DNA of 63,740 nucleotides, the filler included, from Octopus bimaculoides (Eukaryota), in assembly GCF_001194135.2 (NCBI RefSeq). It is 4 parts of 4 records of this genome, joined end to end, with 100 filler letters (N's around TTAATTAATTAA, not from the genome) between each part and the next. Parts side by side here need not be neighbours in the genome. Positions count along the whole stretch, not along the records: positions 1 to 25,195 come from NC_068982.1; 3 more parts are not named here. The stretch is one strand, 5' to 3'. Below the pieces are notes generated by a model. It was given only the letters and a program-made list of their open reading frames with translations. It did no database searches and was not told the origin of the DNA. The translations under genes were made by a program, and so were the position numbers. Positions 1-12,613 of the stretch are shown here, piece by piece (position 1 is the first letter of the stretch; the number at the start of each line of letters is the position of its first letter).

Positions 1-50
<50 letters not shown>
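1..50. repeat. (TG)n microsatellite
   Basis: Perfect TG run. Dozens of similar (TG/CA)n, (TA)n, (TATC)n, (TATG)n and (GA)n runs occur throughout and are not all listed. Confidence 0.99.
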
Positions 51-56
<6 letters not shown>

Positions 57-679
57 GCACTTGCTCGAGATACCTCTCTGGTGTATCTTGTGGTGTGGTA
101 TCGAACCCAGATTGTTCTTATATATCTATATAAATTATATATGGCTTCAAAAAGCTCCTCGTGGAGAATAGGGAACCCAATAACTGCTGTCGACTTTTAG
201 ACTACACACTATAGACGAATCTGAAAACTTTGTAATTTCGCGGATATGTTTGAAAACAATAACAAATTGAAAGAACATAATTAAAAGGTAACACATTGAC
301 AATACAAATAATGAAATATTCTGCAGCTTTCCTCAAGTGCATATAAAAAGGAAGTGAATGAATGAAATCTATTAACGATGCTCAGTTGGTCACAGCGTTG
401 GTCAGATCCTGAGGAGTTTACTGTACAAATAATGATAAAAACAGGGAACCAGATTTGATCATTAATAGATAAAAGGTTCTTAGTATGTATAAATGTATGA
501 TAATAGTGAAAACAACAAAAACACCTGTTCAACTAACAAAGGAACATAAGAATTGCAGAATGGGTAGGCTCTTATTCAGCAGGTATTGTTTATAAATTTC
601 TTGGTAACAGAGAAGAGATGCTGTTAACAAATCTCAAGAAGGAACTTTGTTATAATAATAATGATATTAATAATAACCC

Positions 680-875
680 TTTCTACTATAGGCACAAGGC
701 CTGAAATACGGGGGAGGGGACTAGTCGATTACATCGACCCTAGCACTTGACTGGTACTTATTTCATCGACCCTGAAAGGCAAAGTCGACTTCGGCGGAAT
801 TTGAACTCAGAACGTAGCGACAAATCGCTAAGCATTTCTCCCGGCGTGCTAACGATTCTGCCAGCTCACCGCCTT
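680..875 (-). mobile_element. tRNA-derived SINE, family A
   Basis: Minus strand reads AAGGCGGTGAGCTGGCAGAATCGTTAGC head ... TTTCAGGCCTTGTGCCTATAGTAGAA tail; many homologous copies in the window. Confidence 0.9.
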
Positions 876-900
876 AATGATAATAATAATAATAATAATT

Positions 901-1102
901 TCACATTTTGGCACAAGGCCAGCAATTTCGGAGGAGGGGTAAGTCGACTCAACTGCTCTACTGGTACTTACTTTCTCGATCTCGAAAGGATGGAAAGCTA
1001 AGTCAATCCTTGCGAAATTTGAACTCAGAAGTTAAGGACAGACGAAATGCCAGTAAGCATTTTGCCCGGCGTACTAACGATTCTTCCAACTCGCTGCCTT
1101 AA
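901..1102 (-). mobile_element. SINE family A
   Basis: Colinear with 680-875 (GGCACAAGGCC, CTGGTACTTA, TTTGAACTCAGAA, CTAACGATTC blocks); separated from it by (TAA)n. Confidence 0.88.
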
Positions 1103-1129
1103 GAGCAAAAATAACAAAAATAATAACAA

Positions 1130-1565
1130 TTTCTATACAAGGCTATACTATGCAATATAACAGTATCTATACAAGGCTTTGAGAAGAAGAATCTAGTTGA
1201 TAATGTTGATACCAGATTTGTACATTATTTTATGTGCCCGTGAAAGATGAAAAGTAAAGTTGACTCTCGGCAAGGTTTAAACTTAAGATGTAGTTTAAAT
1301 GCCTCCCTACACTTTGCTTATATCCTACCGATTTTGCCATCCACGCCTAAAAATTATTTTGAAAATAGCCAAAGGACTGTATTGTATATGGAGTTGGGCT
1401 TAGTGTATTACACCGACTCTAGTCAAATACACTTGACTGGTATTCATTTTATCGAAACTGAAATGATGAAAGAAAACGAGGGCTACAGTGGGATTTGAAC
1501 GCAGAAAGTACAAGGATACAATTAAATATCAGAAATCAATTTGTCTAATTCTGTTACTCACCGCG
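1130..1565 (-). mobile_element. two degenerate SINE family A copies
   Basis: Repeated diagnostic blocks GAAAGATGAAAAGTAAAGTTGACTC, CTTGACTGGTATTCATTTTATCG and GGGATTTGAAC. Confidence 0.65.
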
Positions 1566-2169
1566 TTAATAATAATTATTATTTTCTATAACAATATTAC
1601 AAATGTTTGTCTCTTTCCTCTGGAAAGTATTCGCAAATTATCTTTTTGCTCGACAGCACAAATTAAAAAAGCAAAATAAAATTGCAAACAGTTATTTTCT
1701 AAAATTCATATGCATATATTTACATATATACTATGCAGAAAATCTATTTATACATTCGGAAACCTATTGGCCTTCAAAAGAAAAACATCAATTTTTCTAA
1801 ACTTGTATGGATTTAAATGAGCCTGTCTGTCTAGTTTTATTTGCTATCCAGACTTATAAACAATTTTGGAATATTCAAAACAATTCACATTATCAATGTA
1901 GTATGATTTCCTATAGCTTACCATATTTAACTAGTCGAGAGATTAGTGATGGTTGTCTTTATGAGCCACAACAACACTATGAAGCCATTTGAATAGAAGC
2001 TACTTAACAAGATGTAATACTATTTATTGCAACCAACTGCTACATTCATCCTGCCCTCGTCTTACTGTTAATAATAGTAACACATTATTTATTCTACCAG
2101 TTGATTATTTATTTATTCTATTCAGTTGACTCCCTATTATGTATTTATTCTATTGACATAGTTATTCTA

Positions 2170-2475
2170 TCGACATAGTTAGGATGAAAGACAAAATTGA
2201 CTTCGAAGGGATTTGAACTCGAAAAGTAAAAGATGACTAAATACTACGAGAAATTTCGATCTAGGATTGATAATAACTATTTGTAACATTGGCACAGTGC
2301 CACGCATTTAGGGGCAGATATATAACTGACTCAGTCCATCATTGTACCCTATTGGTACTTATATTATTGACCAACACCACCAGAAGAATGAAAGACAAAG
2401 GCAAATCTGGCACAATTTAAACAAACAATGTAGAAATATAAGTAAAAACGATCGATCACATTTGTGTTGGATGCT
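2170..2475 (-). mobile_element. degenerate SINE family A fragments
   Basis: GGATGAAAGACAAAATTGACTTCGAAGGGATTTGAACTC; TTGGTACTTATATTATTGACC. Confidence 0.6.
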
Positions 2476-2805
2476 CCTGTTCCTCCATTAGCTCTTATAC
2501 ACAAGTCTTTATCGATTTCGTTAGGAAGACCATGAAAGCTGCGAGATTTATTTTTCTTCCTCTCTTATAACACCATAACTTATCGCCTCATATTGAATCT
2601 CTTTATCATGCCACTCCACATCTTTGCCCCACAACATTAATTATTGTCGGTTTCCCATCTATGACCAGTGTATGTAGTGTCGATAGCACCACATTCTTCA
2701 AGTGTTCACTTTGAAGACGCCAGGTTAGGACTTGAGAAAAATTTAGTTACTGTTTCTAGCAGATCGAACGAGCATAGAAGTATCTCTACTGATAATAATA
2801 ATTTC

Positions 2806-2930
2806 AAATTTTGGCATAAAGCCAGCAATTTATTTCACCGACCCCTAAAAGATGAAATACAAAGTCGACTTCGGTGGAATTTGAACTCACACCGCTGTGC
2901 TAATGATTCTGCCAGCTCGCCACCTTATCT
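2806..2930 (-). mobile_element. internally deleted SINE family A
   Basis: TTTTGGCATAAAGCCAGC ... AAAGTCGACTTCGGTGGAATTTGAACTC ... GATTCTGCCAGCTCGCCACC. Confidence 0.75.
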
Positions 2931-3167
2931 CTTCTGATAATAATAGCTGACAACTAAGGTAACTCTCTAAATCTAAAATATATTTTAGGAGCGGCCTTTA
3001 TAATTTGAGTCATTAGATCACAAAATCCTCTGAGCTTTTTCGGGAACTTATGGAGCCGTTGATACTATAATTTTTCTCGATTGCTTTAAACCCCCACATG
3101 AAGAAGCTAAATTCACAAATATAATTTTTCAAATATATATCTACAAATATAATTTGTGATATCCCGT

Positions 3168-3395
3168 CGAAGCGAATGGCTTAGTGGTTAGAGGTATAGT
3201 ACTCATGATCATAAGGTTGTGATCTCGATTTCACGGCTGGGCGATGCTTTCTTGATCAAAAACATACTTTTTGTTTCATGTTGCACCAGTTCACTCAGTT
3301 GACAAAGATGAGTAAACCTACAACGGACCAGCGTCCTGTCCAGTGGTTGAATATATACGCCTCGAAAATCGCAAAACCGGCTCTATAAGCCAATG
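3168..3395 (+). mobile_element. tRNA-derived SINE, family D
   Basis: A-box-like TGGCTTAGTGGTTAG and B-box-like GATCTCGATTTC, followed by CCAGTTCACTCAG and GACCAGCGTCCTGTCCAG body; the same head recurs near 4405. Confidence 0.7.
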
Positions 3396-6092
3396 GGACT
3401 CGGGAAGGATCAGTATCTTATATCATTTTCATACTTTGCAAAGAAAAACTTTTATCTTGCAGTTCTGGCTAGTTTTATTTCGGTTGTTCTAACTTTTAAG
3501 TTAATATTTTACGTTAGTTTTGTTAATAACACTCCATTTCCTATTTTAAACAATCTTACGAAGGTCACTGCTAGCCAATTAATTTTCTTTTATAATGTAA
3601 GTGGTAACTTGATCACCAAACACATTTAGTGGGAAGACGAGTACATTAATTTTTCAATACCCACGCTTTCTCATACAAGTCTTACCTAACCTGGCCTTTC
3701 TAATCAACACCACATAGTTGAAATGCGTCACTACTTTAAATTGTGTGCAGCAAGCTAATTTCCTTTCTACTGAGTAGATCTTTGTGACAAGCAGTGCAAT
3801 TACATATGCTCTAGAGGCTGTTGAGTCCTTCAGAAGTATTTCTTATCAATAACACGAACTTAATCCTCAGCTATTCGAGCATATAATTACTAAGATTAAC
3901 ATTCTGAACTAAACAATAGCAAGGAAAATATATCTACCTTACGTTGAGGAACATTGTTAATGCTCTTTATTACTTCTGTTAGGTACAGCTTATCAGTTCC
4001 CTAATGTCATTGCTAAAGGAGTCACTAAAGTTTGTCTAAAATGATAGGTGTATGCAAGCCCGTCAACAATCTAGTCTGGGTAAAAATCAAACGCTATCGC
4101 TTTTATTTAAATGTCTTCATTTTCCACATCTTGTAAAAACAATTATTGCTCATCCTAACGAAGCCACTCATGCATGCTTAATTTTTTCCACTTGGATTCC
4201 AGAAAAAGCGCTTTTCTTGTTTACTCCTTTGGATTTTATGCTTCCTTTATTTCCTTCTATAACCATTTCAACAGATGATTCTAATCTTTTCTTTTCGGAA
4301 AGATTATGACATGACTTTTCGTGACATGGTTCTATGAGTGAAGAATGAAAAAGTTTTGGAACCAGAGAAGTCATGAAACCTGAGTGTTTTTTCTTCTACC
4401 AATAGAAGCGAATGGCTTGGTAGTCGAGAAAGTTGTGGTTGATATTGCTAACCTTAATCGAACAGGTCTATAACACACAAGCAGTCGAACGAGCGATTAG
4501 TAAAAGTTTCAGATCCATTGTTCCAGATATACTATATTTCCGCCTTGTGAAGAACACACCTGTGTGGAACCCGTTTTGCTGAGCGTACAACTTGCTTTCT
4601 GGTTAATTTTCCCAACAATATTCTTTTTACTCAATTGATCAATAGTTGATGCTAATATAAGCTGAGATAAATCTGGATATATTTTCCCTCCGTCGCAATT
4701 TTTATTCCCTCGTTTTTATGTCTTTATCTAGGCATGCAACAATGATGATTGACATGGTAGGTGTTAGGCTGAATCATGTCACCGTCAGGTTTTGTCAGCT
4801 AGCATTGTTAATGATGGATAGATTTGGGAACGTTGCAATGTAGGATTACATTGTAGTAATGGTCAAGCAACTAATTTTCATTTACCTCGCATCCGCTACT
4901 AAGTACAGTACAGGATGTGGTTGTGGGCCCTTTGAGAATACCAGAATGTTGTGGTAAGAGGCTTGTGAGGGTCGTTGTGTATTTGTACACCATATTTAAT
5001 TAAATGTCTTATTTCAATCGGCATTTATTAACACACACACACACACGCACGCGCATGCGCACGCAAACATAGTTTTTCGAACATTTGTTCGTTATTTTGA
5101 AGTAAAAATATCTCTCAGTCAGACACAGATTGTGTCTGTTAAAGTGTAATATTGTGTTCTCGACTTTAAAGAAAGTTAATGTGAGATATCAAGTCAATTC
5201 TTCGCCAGTTTTTCAATGAACTGATATAGGAAGGTGGAATTTATCTTATCTCTATCTGAAGGAGTGAATATGTTGTGTAGGTTTGCTTTTAACTGTATCA
5301 TACAAAGTTCTTTTCGATACCATCTCTAATGTTATTTTTGTTCTATACACTAGCACCTTTTCTGAGGCATTTGCCATTGAGTGGATAGGGTATGGTGTTG
5401 CTGTAATTGCATTGTGCTAATTGGCTTGATGTATTCTAGGTCTATTTGGTTAAAATGTAATATTCCGGTTGCGATATTTTGCAAGAGTCTGCAGCTAACT
5501 TTTACATTGTTTTTACCAAAGAGTTTAGGATATTTATGGCTGATAGAAAAGTGCTTTTTTTTTTTTACCATTATCAGAAATTTTTTTGCCTCATATTAGA
5601 TGCTACGTTTATGATAAAAGAGAGAATAAGCCAGATATATCTTTCCTTGGTGCTTATTCCTCGTTTTCTAATTTTTCATTAAAACTATTTTTCCTTTTCA
5701 ATGCGTTATTGTAGGAAAGTACATTGCCGCAATTGAGTATTTCCTTGTTGGAGGGAAGACTCAGTCTCATTTTGCTGATACAACTTACGGTTTGTTATTG
5801 CAATGTCTTCATTTCTAACAGGCCAATGTTTGCCTGTAGCCAAACCTAATGTGATATCTGAAAGCAATTATGCTTCTTAAGCATGTGTACCTACAGCTAA
5901 AGCGACCGTGTGCCCACTCCAATATCAGCAACAATATTATCTGCTCCAAGCTGTACTCACAATATCTCGCCACGTCCTCATGAAAGTAAAGTCTTCTTTA
6001 TAGAAAGGTTGTCACCCGTAGTTGCAAGGATCAGATTATAATCACATTAGCCATTTTGGTAATGCTTTCTTCTGATCGACGTATGTTATTAA

Positions 6093-6730
6093 TTAATTAG
6101 AGTTATAGAATTGAAGATGATAATAAAGATGTACACACAGCACCGTTGAGATTCTAATGATGATGTATAGGTCATTTACTAAGGTGGACGATGGCAGTGG
6201 GCGCTAGGGAAAAGGCTTTTTAGAATTTAGCAGTACCATGAACGATAAAAATAAAGGAACAAAATATTAAAAAAAAAAACTATTGCAGGGCTCACAACGT
6301 TAAACACTGAAAGAACTGTTCCTTCCAGATACAGCCCACATTCTACACAAGTTATTTTCTATTTCAAAATCGTTGTACTTTGACAGTTTCTTCATGTTCT
6401 TCAGAGCAATGTTTTGATTAGAAGAGGTTGAGGTATCTGTTAAATCAAAATCATATTTGTTCCAATGCTTGATAATTATATTTGTCCAGTATACACCGAT
6501 CACTTTGTCAGTCTGGACACGTTTGTCCCAGATAAATGTGGTCATGATACATATCATTGATATGTATCATGTTTGCTACATGTTTACACCACTTCTTATC
6601 CATTTTCATGTGGGAAGTGTCTGTATATTTTCCAGTGTATGATGGTAAGTGACATGTACATCATCATTAGAATCTCAACGGTGCCGTGTGTACATTTTTA
6701 TTATCGTCTTCAGTTCAGTAACTATAATTA
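6093..6730. repeat. inverted repeat with ~86-bp arms (6093-6178 / 6646-6730)
   Basis: TGTACACACAGCACCGTTGAGATTCTAATGATGATGTA vs the reverse complement of TACATCATCATTAGAATCTCAACGGTGCCGTGTGTACA; arms roughly 85-90% identical by eye. Confidence 0.92.
6295..6645 (-). pseudogene. R4-clade non-LTR retrotransposon fragment (restriction-like endonuclease region)
   Basis: Frameshifted translation IHWKIYRH...DKKW...FIWDKRVQTDK...NQNIALKNMKKLSKYNDFEIE...RMW resembles the R4/Dong C-terminus (IHWKIC...ILWD..IQTD...EKLSKYKDLEIE..RMW). Confidence 0.75.
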
Positions 6731-6848
6731 ATCATTGCCGAGAAGAAATGGACAACTGGAAATCACATGATCTGTTATATTGTATTGGTTTCATAGTCTG
6801 TAATTGATATTAGTGTTTTATGTATTTTGCCTATGTTATTATTTGTGA

Positions 6849-7285
6849 CAATACCACAAGGTTTTGTCCTTGTTGCGGTGTGGTACCTTCTGTGCCTCAA
6901 TAACCCTGAGGGCCTACCAGCGGAGTGCTAGCTCCTGGTAAGGTCTACTATGCCGGACAGGTCAAAGGGTAGAGGCCAAGCTAATATGGACTACCTCTTC
7001 CCAAGAATAAAAATGGGAAAATGGGGTTTGTGTAGGGCCAACATCCCTACCTCAAAAAAAACAACATAATTATCGAAGCACTCACACCAGACCCTGATCT
7101 GGAATCCACAAGAAAAGCAGAAGAAAGGATGCTCTAAAAATAGGTGGTGGCAGGATACTGAGTCAAAGTTGAAAAAGCAGGTATCTGACTGGAAGGAAGC
7201 AGAAAAGACAGTCCAGAATCAAGAACAGTGGAGCAAAGTCGTCGATGACTTATGCTCCGTAAGGAGTTAAGGGCCTAAGAAAATA
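6849..7285 (+). mobile_element. short RTE-derived non-autonomous element with 11-bp TSD
   Basis: ATTATTTGTGA at 6838-6848 and 7286-7296. 7085-7270 encodes QTLIWNPQEKQKKGCSKNRWWQD...DLCSVRS*, like the RTE C-terminus (ALTWNPQGKRKRGRPKNTW). Confidence 0.8.
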
Positions 7286-7464
7286 ATTATTTGTGATAAA
7301 ACATTGCTTCTACACCTCCAGCTATTATTACCTTTCACTCTGTCTTAATCCATTTCTATCGATCCATTATTGGCCATGAAGTGGTTTTTCTTTCTTACTT
7401 TTCTTTAATATATTTTAGAATTCCGTTCTGATGCTACCACTCACCTTTAAAAAAAAATCTGATC

Positions 7465-7600
7465 TTTTATTTACATTATTTATATTTGACAGATATTTGT
7501 CATCTTGTTTGCCCAACGTTTCGGTTGATGTACTACCTAGCCTTCATCAGGTGTCCTGGTGGAATTTCGAACCTAAGGTATTTTTCCGATGTTGTTGTTG
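7465..7600 (-). mobile_element. Penelope-like terminal repeat fragment with degenerate hammerhead
   Basis: Minus strand GACAC-CTGATGA-AGGC...AACC-GAAACGTT; same family as 16270-16455; followed by (TTA)n and a gap. Confidence 0.65.
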
Positions 7601-7643
<43 letters not shown>

Positions 7644-8156
7644 NNNNNNNNNNNNNNNNNNNNNNNNNNNNNNNNNNNNNNNNNNNNNNNNNNNNNNNNN
7701 NNNNNNNNNNNNNNNNNNNNNNNNNNNNNNNNNNNNNNNNNNNNNNNNNNNNNNNNNNNNNNNNNNNNNNNNNNNNNNNNNNNNNNNNNNNNNNNNNNNN
7801 NNNNNNNNNNNNNNNNNNNNNNNNNNNNNNNNNNNNNNNNNNNNNNNNNNNNNNNNNNNNNNNNNNNNNNNNNNNNNNNNNNNNNNNNNNNNNNNNNNNN
7901 NNNNNNNNNNNNNNNNNNNNNNNNNNNNNNNNNNNNNNNNNNNNNNNNNNNNNNNNNNNNNNNNNNNNNNNNNNNNNNNNNNNNNNNNNNNNNNNNNNNN
8001 NNNNNNNNNNNNNNNNNNNNNNNNNNNNNNNNNNNNNNNNNNNNNNNNNNNNNNNNNNNNNNNNNNNNNNNNNNNNNNNNNNNNNNNNNNNNNNNNNNNN
8101 NNNNNNNNNNNNNNNNNNNNNNNNNNNNNNNNNNNNNNNNNNNNNNNNNNNNNNNT

Positions 8157-8814
8157 GACAGATTTATTGCAAAATCAACAGCTGAGGTTAAGGGGACATT
8201 CAAAACAAAACATCCTGCCCAAGTTATGGCTTTTGGTGTTGTGGCTTCCGATGGAAAGAAAATGCCTATAAAATTCTACAAAGCTGATAAAAAGATCAAT
8301 GTTAATACTTACTACAAGACTCTGAGATACCAGGTATTGCCATGGATTAAAGCAAACTACCCAGATGGTAATTATGTATGGACACAGGATGGTGCTCCAA
8401 CCCACACAGCTAGAAAAATACAAGATTTCTACAAATCGAACTTTAGCAATTTTTTGGAATCATGTTTATGGCCGCCTTCTAGCCCAGATCTAAACCCTCT
8501 GGATTATGCTATTTTGGACATTTTAGAACATGTTACCAATAGAACATCACACAGCAATGTCGACTCTCTAAAAGATACTATTAAAGAAGAACGGGAGAAG
8601 TTGTCTCCTGAATATTTGAGGAACATTTGTGCAAGTTTCAGGAAGCGTGTGAAAGCAGTTATTGAGAAAGAAGGAGGACACATAGAATAATAACATTTTC
8701 TATTATGTAAATTTTCTTGTGACAAATAAATTCTCATGACTTTCAATAAACTAATTGGTCATACACTGTATTTCAATCCCTGCCTCCAAATATTATAAAT
8801 TTTGCTTCCCCACC

Positions 8815-8817
<3 letters not shown>
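8157..8817 (+). mobile_element. Tc1/mariner-superfamily DD37D (maT-type) transposon 3' half with right TIR
   Basis: Open frame to 8690 with QDGAPTH and WPPSSPDLNPLDY; 37 residues between the second and third Asp. The end TTTTGCTTCCCCACCCTG is followed by TA. The 5' half is lost in the gap. Confidence 0.92.
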
Positions 8818-8887
<70 letters not shown>

Positions 8888-9514
8888 TGTGTCTGTGTGT
8901 TGGTGTGTGTGTGTGTAGACAAAAGGGCTAGTACTGTTATGAAGTCTTAACTTTTCCGAACGATTTGATGTTTGAATGCTATGAGTACCAAATACTCCAT
9001 TTCCACGAATAGTCATATGACGTTCTGCGAGAACGCTTGCATATTTTCCTTTGCATTCTGTTTGGATTCCCGTATAATTTCCATATTTTTTAATTCCTTC
9101 ATTCCTAATTTTAACTGTATTTTCACACCTTTGCATCATCTATTTTCTTACTTGTTTCGTTGACTTTCTTTTGCATTCGATTTTCCATCTTTTATCTCAT
9201 GGAGTTGTTTTTTTTTTGTTTTTGCTTCCAAATTAAATTTGAAAATATTAAATTAATAAGCTTTGAAGTGATGAAGAAGAAATGTGATCAAATCATGTTG
9301 GAGGCAAGACAAGAGAAGAATTAATGATACTTACGAAAAGAAGGGAAGAAAGGATGAAAGGAAAGGATAAGAATCAAGAAGATAGGGATTAAAAGGAATT
9401 GAGATAAATTGGAACATTTACGATATTTACACATAATTATCACCGTAATAGAAATTATTTGAATATGTTTAATTAAATATTAAACACGAATTCTTGTGTA
9501 CATTTCTACACGAG

Positions 9515-9571
<57 letters not shown>

Positions 9572-9576
9572 GTGTA

Positions 9577-9629
<53 letters not shown>

Positions 9630-10774
9630 TTACATATATGTAAATGCATAACAGTTTATATATTAGGTAATAATTATTTCAGGCACTTGCATTTTTATTT
9701 ATCTATTCTTATATCTATACATTTCATGCATGTTGAATGCATAAATATGTGTGTACATGTGCATCACTTCATTTAATGTGTATATGTGTCTGTTAAAACT
9801 TTATATATATTTGGATATTTAAAAACGATAATTGATGTACGTGCGTTCATGTTTTTGCTCGTCCATATTTGCATATGCACATATTTACCAATCGATATAA
9901 GACATATCTATCTATCTATCTATCTGTCTGTCTGTCTGTCTGTATGTTTAACTATTTATGTATCTATCTGTGTTTGTGTGCGTACATCTGTGTTACACTC
10001 ACACATGCTTGTGTGGTTATAAGAAGTTATATAGAATAGATATTAAGTGTCTAGCTCGGTGGTGTGGCCCAGTTTCTATTCCTAGGATGCAGCTATTTTA
10101 GTTTACACTCCCAGTGTTCATGTGAAAACAATGAATGCTAAAACTTTTATTTAGTCACTTTCTGAAATCAATAGGAAAGACACAAAAATGATGGATATCT
10201 TTGATAATGAAAGGTCAAACAACTGACTGGTTTCTTACGAATAAAGAAATATGTACATGCATACATACACCCTCACGCATTTAAACTCCCCACCCACACA
10301 TTACATATGGAACTGAGGCTTCCTTTCTTTGCTATTGAAAATTTTGCGTTTCTACTTATCAAGCAGCTAGTACGAGGGCAACAGGAAACCGTATTATAAA
10401 GATTAATTTTGAATAAGGTTTAAAATAAATGCAAGTCTGTAATGAAGAAGAGAAAACTAGCAGTAGACGTACAATAAATAAATATATAGTTAAATCGGTT
10501 ATAAATATTATAGAGTGCGATCCATATTTCAGCTTGAATGTCATTCTCAATAATGTAAAAACTTCTCTAAATTTAATACAAGAATTACTTTCCAATAAAT
10601 CATAAATATCAGACAATCTTTAATAAAAGTAATGTAAAGATCAGATGCTGGTCTACCGAAATCACAGTTATTTCTATAATGAAAATGAATTGGAGAAGTC
10701 TAACAATACATACGCAAAAGTGTTTACTTCATTGTCATTACAATAGTATTACACTTTGCCTTCTTAATTCTTTC

Positions 10775-10988
10775 TACCAAAAGCGTGAAACTTGAAATTA
10801 TGTGGGTGGAGGATGTAGTCGATTACATCGATCACAATGCTGATCTGGTAGTTATTTTATCGAACTCGAAAGGATGAAAGGCAAAATCGACATCGGGGAA
10901 ATTTGAACTCATAACGTAAACCTGATGGAAGAAACACCGCGAAGAATTTTGTTCAGAGCAGCATCATTTCTGCCAGTTGACTGCCTTG
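10775..10988 (-). mobile_element. SINE family A
   Basis: TAGTCGATTACATCG, GAAAGGATGAAAGGCAAAATCGAC, TTTCTGCCAGTTGACTGCCTT. Confidence 0.8.
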
Positions 10989-11015
10989 CTTTGTCTTCTT
11001 AACGATAAGTACCTT

Positions 11016-11195
11016 AGAGACAGTGAGATGGCAGAATCGTTAGCACTCCGGGTAAAATGCTTAGCAGCATTTTATCCATCTTTACGTTCAGAGTTCGAAT
11101 TCTGCCGAGGTCGACTTTGAAAAATGGAGTCGATGTTATTTACTTACCTCCTCCCCCAAACACGCTGGGCTTTTGCAAAAATTAGAAAGCAATAG
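11016..11195 (+). mobile_element. SINE family A (internally deleted)
   Basis: GGCAGAATCGTTAGCACTCCGGGTAAAATGCTTAGC ... GAATTCTGCCGAGGTCGACTTT. Confidence 0.8.
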
Positions 11196-12001
11196 TAAGT
11201 ACATTAACAAGGTCTTGGTATATCGCGATACAGTTTCTCTTGTAAAGATAGCGGAGAATTAAGAAAAAAAAGTGAAATAAAATTCTAATGGAAAAATCTA
11301 AAAAATTAAAACATTCAATGTACCTACTCTTTCAGATAACCAGAGAAACTTAATGTAACATCACTTTCCCTATATGCCTGAAGTCTAAAGGATAAAATAT
11401 TGAAAATATTAAAATAATCTAGTCACTTGGTCTTTTTATATAAATGGGTCTCTTTATATAAATGGTTTTACAATATCCTTTATATTTGTTGGAAAATTTA
11501 ATATCGTAATGCACATATTTAATATGCTGAACAGAAAATCTAAGATAATCTTCACTTGGCAGTGAGAAAATGATTTATTTGATGAGTTTAATTTCTGATG
11601 TAATCTTTACAAGATTTTAAAAAATCCTTTTTATTTCATATAGTTTTCTATGTTGATTCTAGCATTTCCATTCAAAATTCTTTCCTTTTTCCGCCATTAT
11701 GTAATTGCTGTATATTTTTACATAAAATTTATACGTAGCCAAATCTAGGAGAGAAAAAGAGAGGGAGAGAGGGGGAGAGAGAAGATATGAGAGAAAAAGA
11801 AAGAAGAGGAAAGAGAAAGCGAGAGAGGAATCTAACCCCAAACTTGATTGATACTTTATTTATCGATACCGAAAGGATGAAAGGCAGAGAATTTGCTTTC
11901 ACAGTACAGAAAGAAACCCAGGACAATCACCACAAAGCATTCTATCAGATGTTCTGATGAGCCTGGTATTTCGCTTTACATATACATACATACATGCAGA
12001 A

Positions 12002-12050
<49 letters not shown>

Positions 12051-12613
12051 TACATACACACATACACACATGCATACATACATACGTACATACATACATG
12101 CATGCTTGCCTGCATGCAGGCATACGTACACACATACATACATATGTGTGTGCGTGCGTGCGTATGGGTGTGTATGTGTATATAAGCACATAAGCACACA
12201 GTCATACAGACGCGCGCACACACACACACACACATACATACACAAATAGTTGTATAGATACGCATGTGTGTTTATATGAGTATGGAGGGAGTAAAAATCG
12301 CACATCAAAGACCAACAACTTGAAGTATACATGTCCGACTGATATATAGCTTCCTTTATATCAAACAGTCGGCTTGCCTTTCCATTGTCGAGAGATCGAT
12401 AAAATAGTACCTGACAAGGTAGTAGTGTCCATATAAATGACTAAAATAAACCCATTAAAAATGGTTCTCTAGACTGGCGTTGTCCAGGTCAACTGAAATT
12501 ATAAAAGAAAGAAAAATATCGCACATACACGTCTGTATATGTGTGTATGTGTGTGTATGTGTGTGAATGTGTGTGTGTATGTGTGTGAATGTGTGTGTAT
12601 GTGTGAGCGTGTA

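Noticed and set aside
12335-12375. CCGACTGATATA...TATATCAAACAGTCGG hairpin resembling a hammerhead
   Set aside because: Needs deletions in both core segments, and stem I does not pair.
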